A stretch of 64,000 nucleotides of DNA from a virus, in IMG/VR virus record IMGVR_UViG_3300029904_000006, positions 1 to 64,000 of that record; one strand, given 5' to 3'. Positions 49,888-59,650 of the stretch are shown here, piece by piece (the stretch's first letter is position 1; the number at the start of each line of letters is the position of its first letter). The translations under genes and the position numbers were made by a program. The notes under the pieces are model-generated. The model was not told where the DNA came from, ran no database searches, and saw only the letters and a list, made by a program, of their open reading frames with translations.

Positions 49888-51237
49888 TTAATTATAACCT
49901 AAATCAATATTAGAACCTTTGTTACCAGTAGTATTAGGTTTAGTAATTCTAACTGTACTTCCACTCCGTTCTTTGGCTTTAAGTTTAAGTGTTGCAACTT
50001 TTTCTTTGTTAATAGCCATGTTTACAAGATTAGAATAATTACCACCAACAAACATAAGATATGCACGAAGAATCTCGTCATCGCGTCTACTTTCAGGAGT
50101 TTGTTTAGCCAAATCACGTTCATACGCAGAATGACCATTTTGGTCTACACGATAAATGTAATTGAAAAAGTCTTCGGGAGTAACAGAAAGTTTCTGACCA
50201 TCACGGTTAATAATAATCTGTTCAGGAATCTGATAACCAGCAATTTGACGAGTCTTGATAACATCATGAACACCATTCCAATATTTCTCAAGTTTCTCAA
50301 TCCGTTCATTTTCCTTACGTTCAGCTTCTTCTTCAAGTTCCTTACGATATTGAGCATCAGCTTCTTGCAAAGCAGCAAGTTCTTCTTTAGCCGTAGCAAG
50401 TAAAATACCAGAAGATTTAAGATAAGCGATATAACTTTCGACATCACCTTTGCGACCTTGTTCGCTCCAAGCAGTACGAATAATAGCTTCTTGTTGCGCT
50501 TCATTAGTATCATCAATGGTAATACCAGAACGGTCAGGAATTTCACCAAATCCTTCAAGTGAATTACCATTAGCAATATAATAATTCAGTACATCATTAA
50601 TTATAGGATATTTCTGATAAAGAGTATTGATAGCAGCTTCTTGTTGTTCCTCTTTTGCAGTTTCGAGTACAGCATCAATATAAGCCTTAACTCCAGCAGG
50701 AGTATTCTCATATTCAATAGGCTTGTCATTATCATCAGTAATTTCAATGCCAACAGCTTCTTGAATAGAAGAAATAGAAATAGCATCTTTATCAGCATCT
50801 TCAATCTTGTCAAACTCTTCAAGCCAAGTCTTAACATCTTTAGCTTCTTTAAAGATATTATTATCTTTGTCGACAAGATTGCCATTAGCATCAACGGTGT
50901 ATTTTTCTTCTCCTACTTCAATAACAGTTCCGACCTGCAAAGGTTCATCAGTTTTATTACCATTACCATTATCGCCTTTGTCACCGTTACCATCATCGTT
51001 TTGGTTTCCGTTACCATTTGTACCACCGTTACCTCCGTTACCATTATCGCCAGTACCGGTATCACCATTACCACCATTACCGCCATTGCTATCAATATTA
51101 TCAATAGCAACACCATTAATATCATGGTCGATTTTACCCGTACCTAAATTAGTCTTTTGAGAACCGTCACCAGTTCCACCAGCAGACCCAGCACTATCGC
51201 CGCTTCCATTCTGCCCATAACCAAAATCAATATCCAT
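49888..51237 (-). CDS. 449-aa scaffolding/head-assembly protein candidate with G/N/D-rich N-terminus
   Basis: ORF track. Located between portal and MCP. It has about 95 aa of GNGGNGDTGTGDNGNGG low complexity, then an E/K/A-rich helical region. The call is positional. Confidence 0.35.
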   Translation of the reverse strand: MDIDFGYGQNGSGDSAGSAGGTGDGSQKTNLGTGKIDHDINGVAIDNIDSNGGNGGNGDTGTGDNGNGGNGGTNGNGNQNDDGNGDKGDNGNGNKTDEPLQVGTVIEVGEEKYTVDANGNLVDKDNNIFKEAKDVKTWLEEFDKIEDADKDAISISSIQEAVGIEITDDNDKPIEYENTPAGVKAYIDAVLETAKEEQQEAAINTLYQKYPIINDVLNYYIANGNSLEGFGEIPDRSGITIDDTNEAQQEAIIRTAWSEQGRKGDVESYIAYLKSSGILLATAKEELAALQEADAQYRKELEEEAERKENERIEKLEKYWNGVHDVIKTRQIAGYQIPEQIIINRDGQKLSVTPEDFFNYIYRVDQNGHSAYERDLAKQTPESRRDDEILRAYLMFVGGNYSNLVNMAINKEKVATLKLKAKERSGSTVRITKPNTTGNKGSNIDLGYN

Positions 51238-51396
51238 ATCTATAAGTATTTAATGGTTTAATAACATTACAATTATAACAATAAATAATAGTATCAGCAA
51301 TATAACGAACAACAAAATACCTAAAACTTATAGTAACTCCAACATTATTATATATACTGCTTCTACCAGTTTAATCTAAAATGCTCTATTTCCTTG

Positions 51397-51405
51397 CCCG
51401 TAGAG
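51397..51405 (+). repeat. CCCGTAGAG-family motif copy (plus), intergenic
   Basis: tttccttgCCCGTAGAGggactttt. It lies in the 327-nt portal-to-scaffold intergenic region, 159 nt before the ATG at 51237. Confidence 0.9.
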
Positions 51406-51488
51406 GGACTTTTGCATCAGCCAGACTTATAACTCATAATTCAATAAATTTAAGTCAAATATCGAGCTATAATTAGCTTATAAACGGC

Positions 51489-51526
51489 AAAAATAAACCC
51501 TACCGAAATATCACATTTCAGTAGGG
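51489..51526 (-). terminator. intrinsic terminator after the portal gene
   Basis: ccctac-c-gaaat / atttc-a-gtaggg stem (51498-51526; 11 bp with one mismatch) and a 5-nt loop, followed on the minus strand by TTTATTTTTG. Confidence 0.7.
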
Positions 51527-51564
51527 CTTAGCTTTCTAATAACATTGATAACAACAGAATTATC

Positions 51565-53982
51565 TTACTTCTTAGAAGAAGGTTTAGCAGTAGGTTTAGG
51601 TTTCATTTTAGCAATTTGAACTTTAGCTTTAATATCTTTTTCTTTAATTTGTCTATCTCGTTCTTTATTATAAGCATCAATATAAGCTTTTTGTCTTTCA
51701 ACATTAACCTTTTCTTGTTCTACACGAGCACGAGCAGCATCAAGACGATTGAGAGCTTCATTCTTATTGGCATCACCAATCTCAGCATTATAACTAATAG
51801 CATTAGCATCTGCTCTGATGAGTTCAATCTGTTGGTCAAGATAACCTTCAAGTTCTTTAGTCTTACGGTCTTCTTCACCTTTAACTCTAATCTTTTCAAC
51901 TTCAAATTCTTGTTGCATTTGAGTAGTCTGCTGGTCAAGTTGTTTAAGATGTTCTTCATGAGCATCTTTTTGCTCTTGAAATTTCTTAATAAGTTTAGTA
52001 ATAGTAGCAACGTTATCTCCTTCAATTGCAGCAATAGCCATCATATTATCACCATTCTGTGCAGCACTAAAAGCATATTGCTGAAGTTGTTGAAGTTTCT
52101 CACGTTCTTTAGTAGAAAGTTTACACTTAATAATATAATCAGCATAAATATGCTTATCGACATCAAGACTAATATATTTCAATTCTCCATGAGTATCACG
52201 GTAAGAAGTATCAAGTCCATCAATCCAAGCAAGTTTAGAATAATCCATATCTCTGTTATAATCTCGTTCTCTAACCATATCTGCAATAAATTCAATTATT
52301 ACAGAACCCATAGAGCCACGAATTACAGCCTCTTCAGTAACACTTTTGCCGGCACTATTAGCAATCTCACCATAACGTTGAGCAGTCATATCGACTTGCT
52401 CGTTAGCAGCGTTCTTAATTTCAGTAAGAAGATTATTAAGTTGAGTAAGATAATCTCCAATATTAGTTTCAAGTATTCTTACTTGTTGAGCACGAAGCAT
52501 ACCTTGGTCATACGTATCATCAACAGCAAGCATACCATCAGCAATCATTCTATAAAGAGTTTCTTCAGGAAATTTTCCAAGAAGAGATTTAGCAATTAAA
52601 AGAATATTAAGTTTATTCTTAGCAATAACCATTTCTCTGTGATAAGAAACAATATTATAAAATACTTGATAAGGCATCATAATATCAATAATACTGAATT
52701 TACCAAATCCGGGAAGAAGCTCATTAATACCATTATAAGGAAGTTTACCTTTACGATTAAAAGCTATAGCTCTTGCACCATAAGGATAAATTGCATCATT
52801 ACGAGTACCTATACGAACGCACTCATATACTTGAGGCTTCCAAATATAATCAATAGAAATATCTCCTAACTCAGGAGTAAGAGTATATTCATCATTTTCT
52901 ACTCTTGTATCAATAAGTCCAGCTTCATTTACATAAGTAACTAAAGCTCTGCGTTCTTCTCCTCTCCAAACAACGTGCCAAACATCAAACAAATCCGAAT
53001 TAAGGTCACGACGCATATTAGGTTCTCTTCTAAAAAGTTCACGTTCTTCTTGTGTAAACTTTTTACAAACATCAGGAAAAGTAGCTTCATATTGTCTGTA
53101 CATAAGTTCAATAGGAGTGGCATAAGATTGCTTAGCATAGTAAGTATTAAGAAAAGCACGTTGTTCATTATTAAGATAATCATCAAATTCATCCATAATT
53201 TGCTGATAACTTAATTTACGACGACAAGCAAACATATCATCATCTTCTCTAAACATATTGTCGGTATTAACAGGGAAAGCATCACGAGGATGTATAACTC
53301 GTTTAATAAGTTTTGTACCAACAACATCAGTATAAGTATAAGCCTCTCCGAAAGTTATAAAGTCAAAATAGAATTGACTATAAAGAATAGCATCTTCTGT
53401 TATATCTTGAATAACATTAAGAAGAGCTTGACCTTGTGCAGAAATATCATCTATATAATTATCATTAAATTCTTTAGTAAATGCTTCAACATCAATAGAT
53501 TGTTGAGGATTAAATTGTTGAGGGTCATTACCACTATTAACCCATTCTTGATAACTTTGTTGAATACGAGCAGCAATTTGTTGACTAACAAGACGTTGAA
53601 GTTCTTGTCTAAGCGCAGAATTACGAGCAAGAACAACTTCAGGATTATTAGCACCTACAATAAAATCATGAGGATTTTTATTATACTCACCAATATATCT
53701 ACGAATAACACCTTTCATAAGGTCATAATTACGCATAGTAGCAGGAAAACGAGTAAATCTTTCTTGAGTAGCATTATAAGGATTAAGTATCTTCTTATAA
53801 AATTCATCAGGAATTTTACCATGAAGAACACTATATTTAAGTTCAGTTTCGGTTACATCGCGACAAGCGTAACCTTGTGCAATAATCCAATCACAACAAT
53901 TAGCATACCAATCAGCTTCTTTTTTACGACTATTAGGAACACGTTGTTGTGGAAAATCAAATTGTTGAAGAGTAGTTCTCAT
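51565..53982 (-). CDS. portal protein
   Basis: ORF track, 805 aa. It lies immediately downstream of TerL with a 9-nt gap and has a long E/K/Q-rich C-terminal tail. The size and position are typical; recognised from memory as crAss-like portal. Confidence 0.75.
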   Translation of the reverse strand: MRTTLQQFDFPQQRVPNSRKKEADWYANCCDWIIAQGYACRDVTETELKYSVLHGKIPDEFYKKILNPYNATQERFTRFPATMRNYDLMKGVIRRYIGEYNKNPHDFIVGANNPEVVLARNSALRQELQRLVSQQIAARIQQSYQEWVNSGNDPQQFNPQQSIDVEAFTKEFNDNYIDDISAQGQALLNVIQDITEDAILYSQFYFDFITFGEAYTYTDVVGTKLIKRVIHPRDAFPVNTDNMFREDDDMFACRRKLSYQQIMDEFDDYLNNEQRAFLNTYYAKQSYATPIELMYRQYEATFPDVCKKFTQEERELFRREPNMRRDLNSDLFDVWHVVWRGEERRALVTYVNEAGLIDTRVENDEYTLTPELGDISIDYIWKPQVYECVRIGTRNDAIYPYGARAIAFNRKGKLPYNGINELLPGFGKFSIIDIMMPYQVFYNIVSYHREMVIAKNKLNILLIAKSLLGKFPEETLYRMIADGMLAVDDTYDQGMLRAQQVRILETNIGDYLTQLNNLLTEIKNAANEQVDMTAQRYGEIANSAGKSVTEEAVIRGSMGSVIIEFIADMVRERDYNRDMDYSKLAWIDGLDTSYRDTHGELKYISLDVDKHIYADYIIKCKLSTKEREKLQQLQQYAFSAAQNGDNMMAIAAIEGDNVATITKLIKKFQEQKDAHEEHLKQLDQQTTQMQQEFEVEKIRVKGEEDRKTKELEGYLDQQIELIRADANAISYNAEIGDANKNEALNRLDAARARVEQEKVNVERQKAYIDAYNKERDRQIKEKDIKAKVQIAKMKPKPTAKPSSKK

Positions 53983-53991
53983 ATCATTAAA

Positions 53992-56235
53992 TTAAAACCA
54001 TAATCTGTTAAGAATATCGTTTTCATCAATATTTTCGGCATTAAGAGGTTTTCTATTCTGCATTTCGTCTTCTGCAAGAATATTAAATCCTTTCCATTCA
54101 ATACCACGAAGAAGCATAGAAGAAACTCTATCGAAGTTACCCTTAACTGACCACTTCTTTAATTCGAGTATTGTTTGATAATCATAAATACGATGAAAAT
54201 TACGAACAGGATTTCCAAATTCATCCTTACCAATTTCTTCATAAAGAAACTCTTTTAGTAAACGAATACAATCGAGTTTATGTTGCTCACCAGAAATATT
54301 AAAACCATAAGTAGTATTAACTTTACCTTTAAAAGAAGCATCCCAAACATAAAGAGGCTCACAAGCAAGATATTGAAGAGCATTCCATTTACGGAAGTTA
54401 GAAACAGTTTCTCCACGATTGACTTCGACATTAGTTGTACCAATACAATTATAATAACGTGCAAGTAGATAACAAATTCTATCAGCTTCTTCAAGAGTAT
54501 CAGGACGACCATAATAAGTGCAAACAAGTTTTTGTTTAAAACCATTAAGAGGATGAGGATTCATCCAAACCATAATACTATTATGAGAATGTTTATTAGT
54601 AACTTCATCTTTATTTTTGTCTACACCAACAGGGTCATAATTAATACTATAAAGACCAGATGGAATACGTTTAACTAATTTACCAGCAATAGTAACTTCT
54701 TCATATTCAGGAGCGAACCAACGTCTAATACAACCATGAGGGTCTTCATGTCCTCTACGTGGAACACCAAGAATATAATCGTAAACTTTCTTACCTTCAG
54801 AATGAAGTCTGGCATTAGATTTAAACTGAACAATATTTCTATCATCCAGTTCAAGCATACCATCAACATAAAAGTGTAAATCAGAATCAACACGAAGTCT
54901 ATCTTCCCAAGCAGAAAGTTCTTCAGAACTAAATATATTTTCAGAAGCACTACTGAAAGATTCGGCAGGAAAATTAGCATACTGACCAAGATAATTAATA
55001 TAATCAGAATACTTCTTAACGCTTTCTTTCTTTTTAAGACGCTCACGACGAGCAATTTCAAGACCTATAAGAATATTACTATTACCATCTTTATCTACTC
55101 CCGGAACTCCGTCAATCTCACCTTGTAGTCCCCAACAATAAGGTTTAAAGAAACCACAAGTTTCATTACGGCAATCTCTATCCCAAACATTTTCAAAAGG
55201 CATAAAATTAAAGCCTTTAACATCATAAAAATTCTGTTCAAAGACTTGCATATTACCAGAAGTAGCAGTACCCCAAGCACAAAGCATACCAGTAGTATAA
55301 GAACCAGTACGCATAGCAGGTTCAGTAACGTTCATAAACTCATCAAAATTATCCATTGTAGATACCTCTTCGACTTTAACTTTTACCGCGTCTTTACCAA
55401 TAGCACAATCAGGATTATTTGCAGCAGAAACACTAATAAGAGCAGACCTCCAAGATTTATCTGCTTCCATACCATTAGGTAACTTATAGCCAAGTCTAAA
55501 GTCAGACTTGACAGTAGACATAATTCCGCGAACAAATGGAGTATTTTCTTCATAAAACTTTAAATCGTTAACAGCAAAGTCGGTAAGACCGCCAGTTTGA
55601 GTAAGATATTTTTTATCAACAGCAACATGAATAACTACTTTACGAGAACTTCCATTAACAGCGTTTGCTGAATCAGCAGCCATCATATAAGAAAAACCAC
55701 CACGCCGAGTCTTATCTATAAGAAGATGAAAACCATTTTTCTCAGCAAATTCCATTACATGGAACATCCAGAACTGCGAATCAAAGAACTTTGGGAAGTC
55801 ATAATACTTCTTAGCAGTATTTGTATTACCTCTTTGAATAGTTCTTTCATCAAGCTGTTCAATACGAATATAATTCAGAAAATTATAATGACTACCAGTA
55901 ATACGAACACTGTGAATAGTTCCCTTATCGTCCATTAAGCAAGGAGCAGTAAAACCATACTTCCGTCTATGCTGTTCTCTACGACGAAATTGTCTATGAG
56001 GAATAGAATCAACTTTATAAGAAGTATATTGACCTTTATGAGTTTTATAATAATTAGCTTGCTCATAAAAAAGTTCAGTATTAATAAACTTCCAACCCGG
56101 ACGAATATTCATAAGAAAACCTCCACTATCACCAATAAGAAACAAGTCATCGTCATCAACAAAACCAGCATCTTTGGCATGTTTATAACGAGACTTGTCT
56201 TCATTAATATAGTCGAGAAAAGGATAGCTTTCCAT
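53992..56235 (-). CDS. terL: terminase large subunit
   Basis: ORF track, 747 aa. Contains a Walker-A-like segment, DKTRRGGFSYM. It sits directly upstream of the portal. The N-terminus (MESYPFLDYINEDKSRYKH...) is recognised from memory as crAss-type TerL. Confidence 0.8.
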   Translation of the reverse strand: MESYPFLDYINEDKSRYKHAKDAGFVDDDDLFLIGDSGGFLMNIRPGWKFINTELFYEQANYYKTHKGQYTSYKVDSIPHRQFRRREQHRRKYGFTAPCLMDDKGTIHSVRITGSHYNFLNYIRIEQLDERTIQRGNTNTAKKYYDFPKFFDSQFWMFHVMEFAEKNGFHLLIDKTRRGGFSYMMAADSANAVNGSSRKVVIHVAVDKKYLTQTGGLTDFAVNDLKFYEENTPFVRGIMSTVKSDFRLGYKLPNGMEADKSWRSALISVSAANNPDCAIGKDAVKVKVEEVSTMDNFDEFMNVTEPAMRTGSYTTGMLCAWGTATSGNMQVFEQNFYDVKGFNFMPFENVWDRDCRNETCGFFKPYCWGLQGEIDGVPGVDKDGNSNILIGLEIARRERLKKKESVKKYSDYINYLGQYANFPAESFSSASENIFSSEELSAWEDRLRVDSDLHFYVDGMLELDDRNIVQFKSNARLHSEGKKVYDYILGVPRRGHEDPHGCIRRWFAPEYEEVTIAGKLVKRIPSGLYSINYDPVGVDKNKDEVTNKHSHNSIMVWMNPHPLNGFKQKLVCTYYGRPDTLEEADRICYLLARYYNCIGTTNVEVNRGETVSNFRKWNALQYLACEPLYVWDASFKGKVNTTYGFNISGEQHKLDCIRLLKEFLYEEIGKDEFGNPVRNFHRIYDYQTILELKKWSVKGNFDRVSSMLLRGIEWKGFNILAEDEMQNRKPLNAENIDENDILNRLWF

Positions 56236-56241
56236 AATATC

Positions 56242-56652
56242 TTATTTAGCTATAAGACCAATTATAAGACCTGCAACAGCAGCACCTGCACCATATCCAA
56301 TAATCTTATTTTTAGTCTTTTGTTTTTCTAAGTCTTTCTTAACCGCTTCGTTAAGTTTATTAGCATCAGCAATTCGTTTTTGAAAATCAGTAATAATTTT
56401 CTGTTGTTCATTAATATATTTATCTTTCATAATAATAACAGAATCTTGTTCATTAGTAATACGAATTAAATAATTACGTTCAATCATCTTAGCATTAGCA
56501 AGACGAATATAACCAATATTAATCGTTATAGTAGTATCTGATTTTAGCACTCCGCCCGTAGAGGCAACACTATCATTAAGGTGCTGTGCATAGCTTTTTA
56601 AACAACTTAATAGCAGCACTATCACTAAGCTCAAAACTTTCAGTAACTTCAT
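56242..56652 (-). CDS. 136-aa envelope protein with N-terminal signal/lipobox-like sequence and C-terminal TM (unimolecular-spanin-like topology)
   Basis: ORF track. MKLLKVLSLVIVLLLSC has a possible lipobox (LLSC). The middle is a coiled-coil, and the C-terminal IIGYGAGAAVAGLIIGLIAK is hydrophobic. It lies next to the endolysin and contains a motif copy. Confidence 0.35.
   Translation of the reverse strand: MKLLKVLSLVIVLLLSCLKSYAQHLNDSVASTGGVLKSDTTITINIGYIRLANAKMIERNYLIRITNEQDSVIIMKDKYINEQQKIITDFQKRIADANKLNEAVKKDLEKQKTKNKIIGYGAGAAVAGLIIGLIAK
56555..56563 (+). repeat. CCCGTAGAG-family motif copy, long form (plus)
   Basis: taGCACTCCGCCCGTAGAGGcaa. Read as A-S-T-G-G-V-L-K. Confidence 0.95.
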
Positions 56653-56896
56653 CTTTCATTTTCTTTTTAATATTATAAATAACAGAATCTTTTTTAATAA
56701 TATTATATTCTATAGAATCAAAAATAACTTTATTGTAAGTTGTATCAGGTACAACTTCATTATTATTTTTATTATTTACATTACACGTAAAAAATATTAT
56801 CAATCCTAATATAATAAATCCAATAATAAAACGAGTAATGGTAATTATAACATCACGCTTTTCCATACTGCATAAGATTATATTTAAGTTCATCAC
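56576..56896 (-). CDS. 106-aa single-pass membrane protein (holin or i-spanin candidate)
   Basis: ORF track. The TM segment is VIITITRFIIGFIILGLIIFF. The true start may be the internal Met (MEKRD, about 56866). Confidence 0.4.
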   Translation of the reverse strand: MMNLNIILCSMEKRDVIITITRFIIGFIILGLIIFFTCNVNNKNNNEVVPDTTYNKVIFDSIEYNIIKKDSVIYNIKKKMKDEVTESFELSDSAAIKLFKKLCTAP

Positions 56897-57275
56897 TCCA
56901 TTTACCAGTAACAGTCATCATAAGAACTTGCTGTGCAATTCTAATAGCAGTAGTTTTACCACAATTAACACAAGTATCAAACATTTCGTGAGCAATACTT
57001 TGACTCGGAATATCATCAAGTTCAAGAACGTCCCAGTAATTTTGTTTATAAAGAAGTTTAGCACTATTGGTAAGAGCTGTATCTTTTTTAAGACGAGCAG
57101 TTATATTATTAAGACCTTTCTTTTTTTCAGCATCAATAATTCCCCATCCTATCCATTTTGGATTGTTCTTACGACTAATTCCAAGATAAGTTTCACCTCC
57201 AGCATCATCTGGTTCATTCACGTAGCCACCTTCGGCAAGGATTAATTTGTCAAATTCTTCATCAAATCGTGCCAT
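56853..57275 (-). CDS. GH108-family N-acetylmuramidase (endolysin)
   Basis: ORF track. LAEGGYVNEPDDAGGETYLGIS matches the GH108 signature EGGYvndpxDxGGxTxxGI. Confidence 0.8.
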   Translation of the reverse strand: MARFDEEFDKLILAEGGYVNEPDDAGGETYLGISRKNNPKWIGWGIIDAEKKKGLNNITARLKKDTALTNSAKLLYKQNYWDVLELDDIPSQSIAHEMFDTCVNCGKTTAIRIAQQVLMMTVTGKWSDELKYNLMQYGKA

Positions 57276-57495
57276 AAGGATTAACTATTTTATTATAAAG
57301 TTCAATAGATTCATATTTACAAAAGTTAGCATCATCATCATAATCAAGTTCACGAAACTTTTTAATAGTAATCCAAAAGAATAATACTTTAACTTGAACT
57401 TTAAAAGAAAGTATATAATAAGGAATATCATCATCATAAGCACCATATTTACTTACAGTAACTCGATATTTATTATTTCTAACAATAACTTTCAT
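57262..57495 (-). CDS. 77-aa protein, function unknown
   Basis: ORF track; sits within the lysis cassette. Confidence 0.65.
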   Translation of the reverse strand: MKVIVRNNKYRVTVSKYGAYDDDIPYYILSFKVQVKVLFFWITIKKFRELDYDDDANFCKYESIELYNKIVNPYGTI

Positions 57496-57501
57496 AATAT
57501 A

Positions 57502-57831
57502 TTACTCATTTAAAACACGATTAATCCAACCACGAAGATATTTAATATTATTGCCTTTAGCAGCAACATCGTTATAATATTTAATACGACCAAGTTTATA
57601 TCGAGCAACAAATAAATCTTCTCCAAGAGAATCTTTAACATAAGTAAGAGTATCTTGAGTATGTCTAAGTTGTTCTCTATAATAAATAAGACTATCAACA
57701 CAAGTAGTATCTTTTATAGGAATATATATAGTCTTTTCAACAGGAATAGTATTATTTTTAAAATTAGTACAAACAGTACAAATAATAATAATACATATTC
57801 CAACTATTATTATACTAAATATTTTCTTCAT
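57502..57831 (-). CDS. 109-aa signal-anchored protein (i-spanin/holin-associated candidate)
   Basis: The track ORF is 57502..57861. I prefer the Met at 57831 (MKKIFSIIIVGICIIIICTVC), which abuts the nuclease stop at 57833-57835. It has an N-terminal TM and a helical C-terminal part. Confidence 0.4.
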   Translation of the reverse strand: MKKIFSIIIVGICIIIICTVCTNFKNNTIPVEKTIYIPIKDTTCVDSLIYYREQLRHTQDTLTYVKDSLGEDLFVARYKLGRIKYYNDVAAKGNNIKYLRGWINRVLNE

Positions 57832-57832
57832 G

Positions 57833-58831
57833 TTAATCAAATAAACCTTTATTACGAACAATATTAGCTTGAATAACTTTTCGTCTATCAGTAAGAATAT
57901 TAATAATTTCTTGTTTAAGATACTTCATTTTATGAAGAGTAACTTTCTCAACAGGATTCTTCTTAATATGATAAAGACCATCAGGAAATCTTTTAGGCAT
58001 ACCATATTCATTAAGAACAAAATCTGAATCAATATGACAAAGCCAAAGACCAGCATTAGGAATACCTAAAATAGATTCTACCATAAAAGCATACATAGAA
58101 AGCTGAAGATTATAAATAGCTCCATTACAATCTGGAAGATGATTTACAGGAGGAAGTAAAGTATCATTCTTAGTAATCCATTCATCAGTTAATTGATGAG
58201 GTTTTTGAGTTTTATCTTTCTTATAATATCCAGACTCAAATTTAAGACCACCTCTATTAGTTTTCCAATCACCAATAACAAATTGGTCATCACGAATACA
58301 AAGAACGTCAATAGTTCCAGACACAAGATAATCAATAAGGAAAGCTCCAATCTCAGAATAAATCTTATATCCGGCATTAGTATAATAATCAAATACTTTA
58401 TATATTTCAGGATATTTATTTTCAGTAGCATCAATGAACTCTTTAATGTCAAGTTCTCTAACATTTATATCTATATTTGGAAGGTCAGCAATAGTAATCA
58501 TTTCTCCATTTTCACGAATCATATATTGAACTGCCTTACGAAACATAGAAGAATCTTTAATACCATCTTCAAGACCATTATGAGTTTTTGTTCCACGAGC
58601 ACAAGCTTCATCAGTTATATCTTGCCATTGTTTAGCAAGACGAGATTCAGATATACCAAGTTCTTTAGCTTTTTTCTTAAGCCAATAACTTTTATCAAAG
58701 GTAGATTTATAATCGTGTAGTAGGGTAGTAGTAGACTTATATTCATTACCAAAAGTATCATTATATTTATGACCTTCTTCTTTGAATATAAGTCTTACAT
58801 CATTATATCGAGTATCTCTAAGATTCAGCAT
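57833..58831 (-). CDS. PD-(D/E)XK (RecB/Cas4-like) nuclease
   Basis: ORF track. EGHKY...TTT, GTIDVL, IGDWKT and LQLSMYAF give the motif I / D / (D/E)xK / QxxxY layout. Confidence 0.65.
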   Translation of the reverse strand: MLNLRDTRYNDVRLIFKEEGHKYNDTFGNEYKSTTTLLHDYKSTFDKSYWLKKKAKELGISESRLAKQWQDITDEACARGTKTHNGLEDGIKDSSMFRKAVQYMIRENGEMITIADLPNIDINVRELDIKEFIDATENKYPEIYKVFDYYTNAGYKIYSEIGAFLIDYLVSGTIDVLCIRDDQFVIGDWKTNRGGLKFESGYYKKDKTQKPHQLTDEWITKNDTLLPPVNHLPDCNGAIYNLQLSMYAFMVESILGIPNAGLWLCHIDSDFVLNEYGMPKRFPDGLYHIKKNPVEKVTLHKMKYLKQEIINILTDRRKVIQANIVRNKGLFD

Positions 58832-59036
58832 CGTCTATTATTTTACAATCGTCCATATTAATTTTTACAAAATGCTTAGTAATATCATCAGCAATAACGA
58901 GTTTATCAGGTTCATTATTATTTCCTGAAATAAATCCAACTATTTCTCCTGTATGTTTTACTCCTTGATTATAAGTAATTGGAGTACTATTAACAATACG
59001 AGTGCGAACTTGTATAACTGTATATTCTACTTTCAT
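58818..59036 (-). CDS. 72-aa protein, function unknown
   Basis: ORF track. Confidence 0.65.
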   Translation of the reverse strand: MKVEYTVIQVRTRIVNSTPITYNQGVKHTGEIVGFISGNNNEPDKLVIADDITKHFVKINMDDCKIIDDAES

Positions 59037-59039
59037 AAT

Positions 59040-59648
59040 TTAATCTTCATCAGCGTCCATACTACTAAGAATCTGTTTACCACCACGAGCAAGTTGTTCT
59101 TCTTCCTCATTGCGAAGATTCTCATAAGCAACACTAAGAGCTTTGGTAAGTGCAGGAATTTCAACTACACGTTTACTAACAGAATCCATCATAGTTAAAA
59201 TAGAAGTAATATCTTCATCAGAAATAGCACCAGAAAGTTTCTTATTAAGAATATCATTAATCTTAGTAGCAGCAAGAGAAACTAAATGAATAGACTTATG
59301 AAGAACTTCGAGAGCAACACCAGCTTCTGTAATATTTTGAGTATAATATTTATCAATAAGTTTACGAACAAGAGAGTCTATTTGATAATCTTTAGGAAGA
59401 TTAAAATTATCAATAGCCATTTGTAAAGCCTCAGCATCAGTAAGACCTTGTTGCTTGGCAGGAGATTTCGGGTCGCCCAGATAATAAATAACTCCAACTT
59501 CAGCAATATATTTACGCTTATCTTTTGTAGTATCTCTCTGCCAAAGAAGTGCTACATCTTTATCAAGTATTTGACGAAGAGTAGGAGCTTGTGGCATACC
59601 GGTTTCATCAATAGTAAGCATCTTATCTATATTAACAGTAGTAGCCAT
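59040..59648 (-). CDS. 202-aa protein, function unknown
   Basis: ORF track. Confidence 0.8.
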   Translation of the reverse strand: MATTVNIDKMLTIDETGMPQAPTLRQILDKDVALLWQRDTTKDKRKYIAEVGVIYYLGDPKSPAKQQGLTDAEALQMAIDNFNLPKDYQIDSLVRKLIDKYYTQNITEAGVALEVLHKSIHLVSLAATKINDILNKKLSGAISDEDITSILTMMDSVSKRVVEIPALTKALSVAYENLRNEEEEQLARGGKQILSSMDADED

Positions 59649-59650
59649 AG

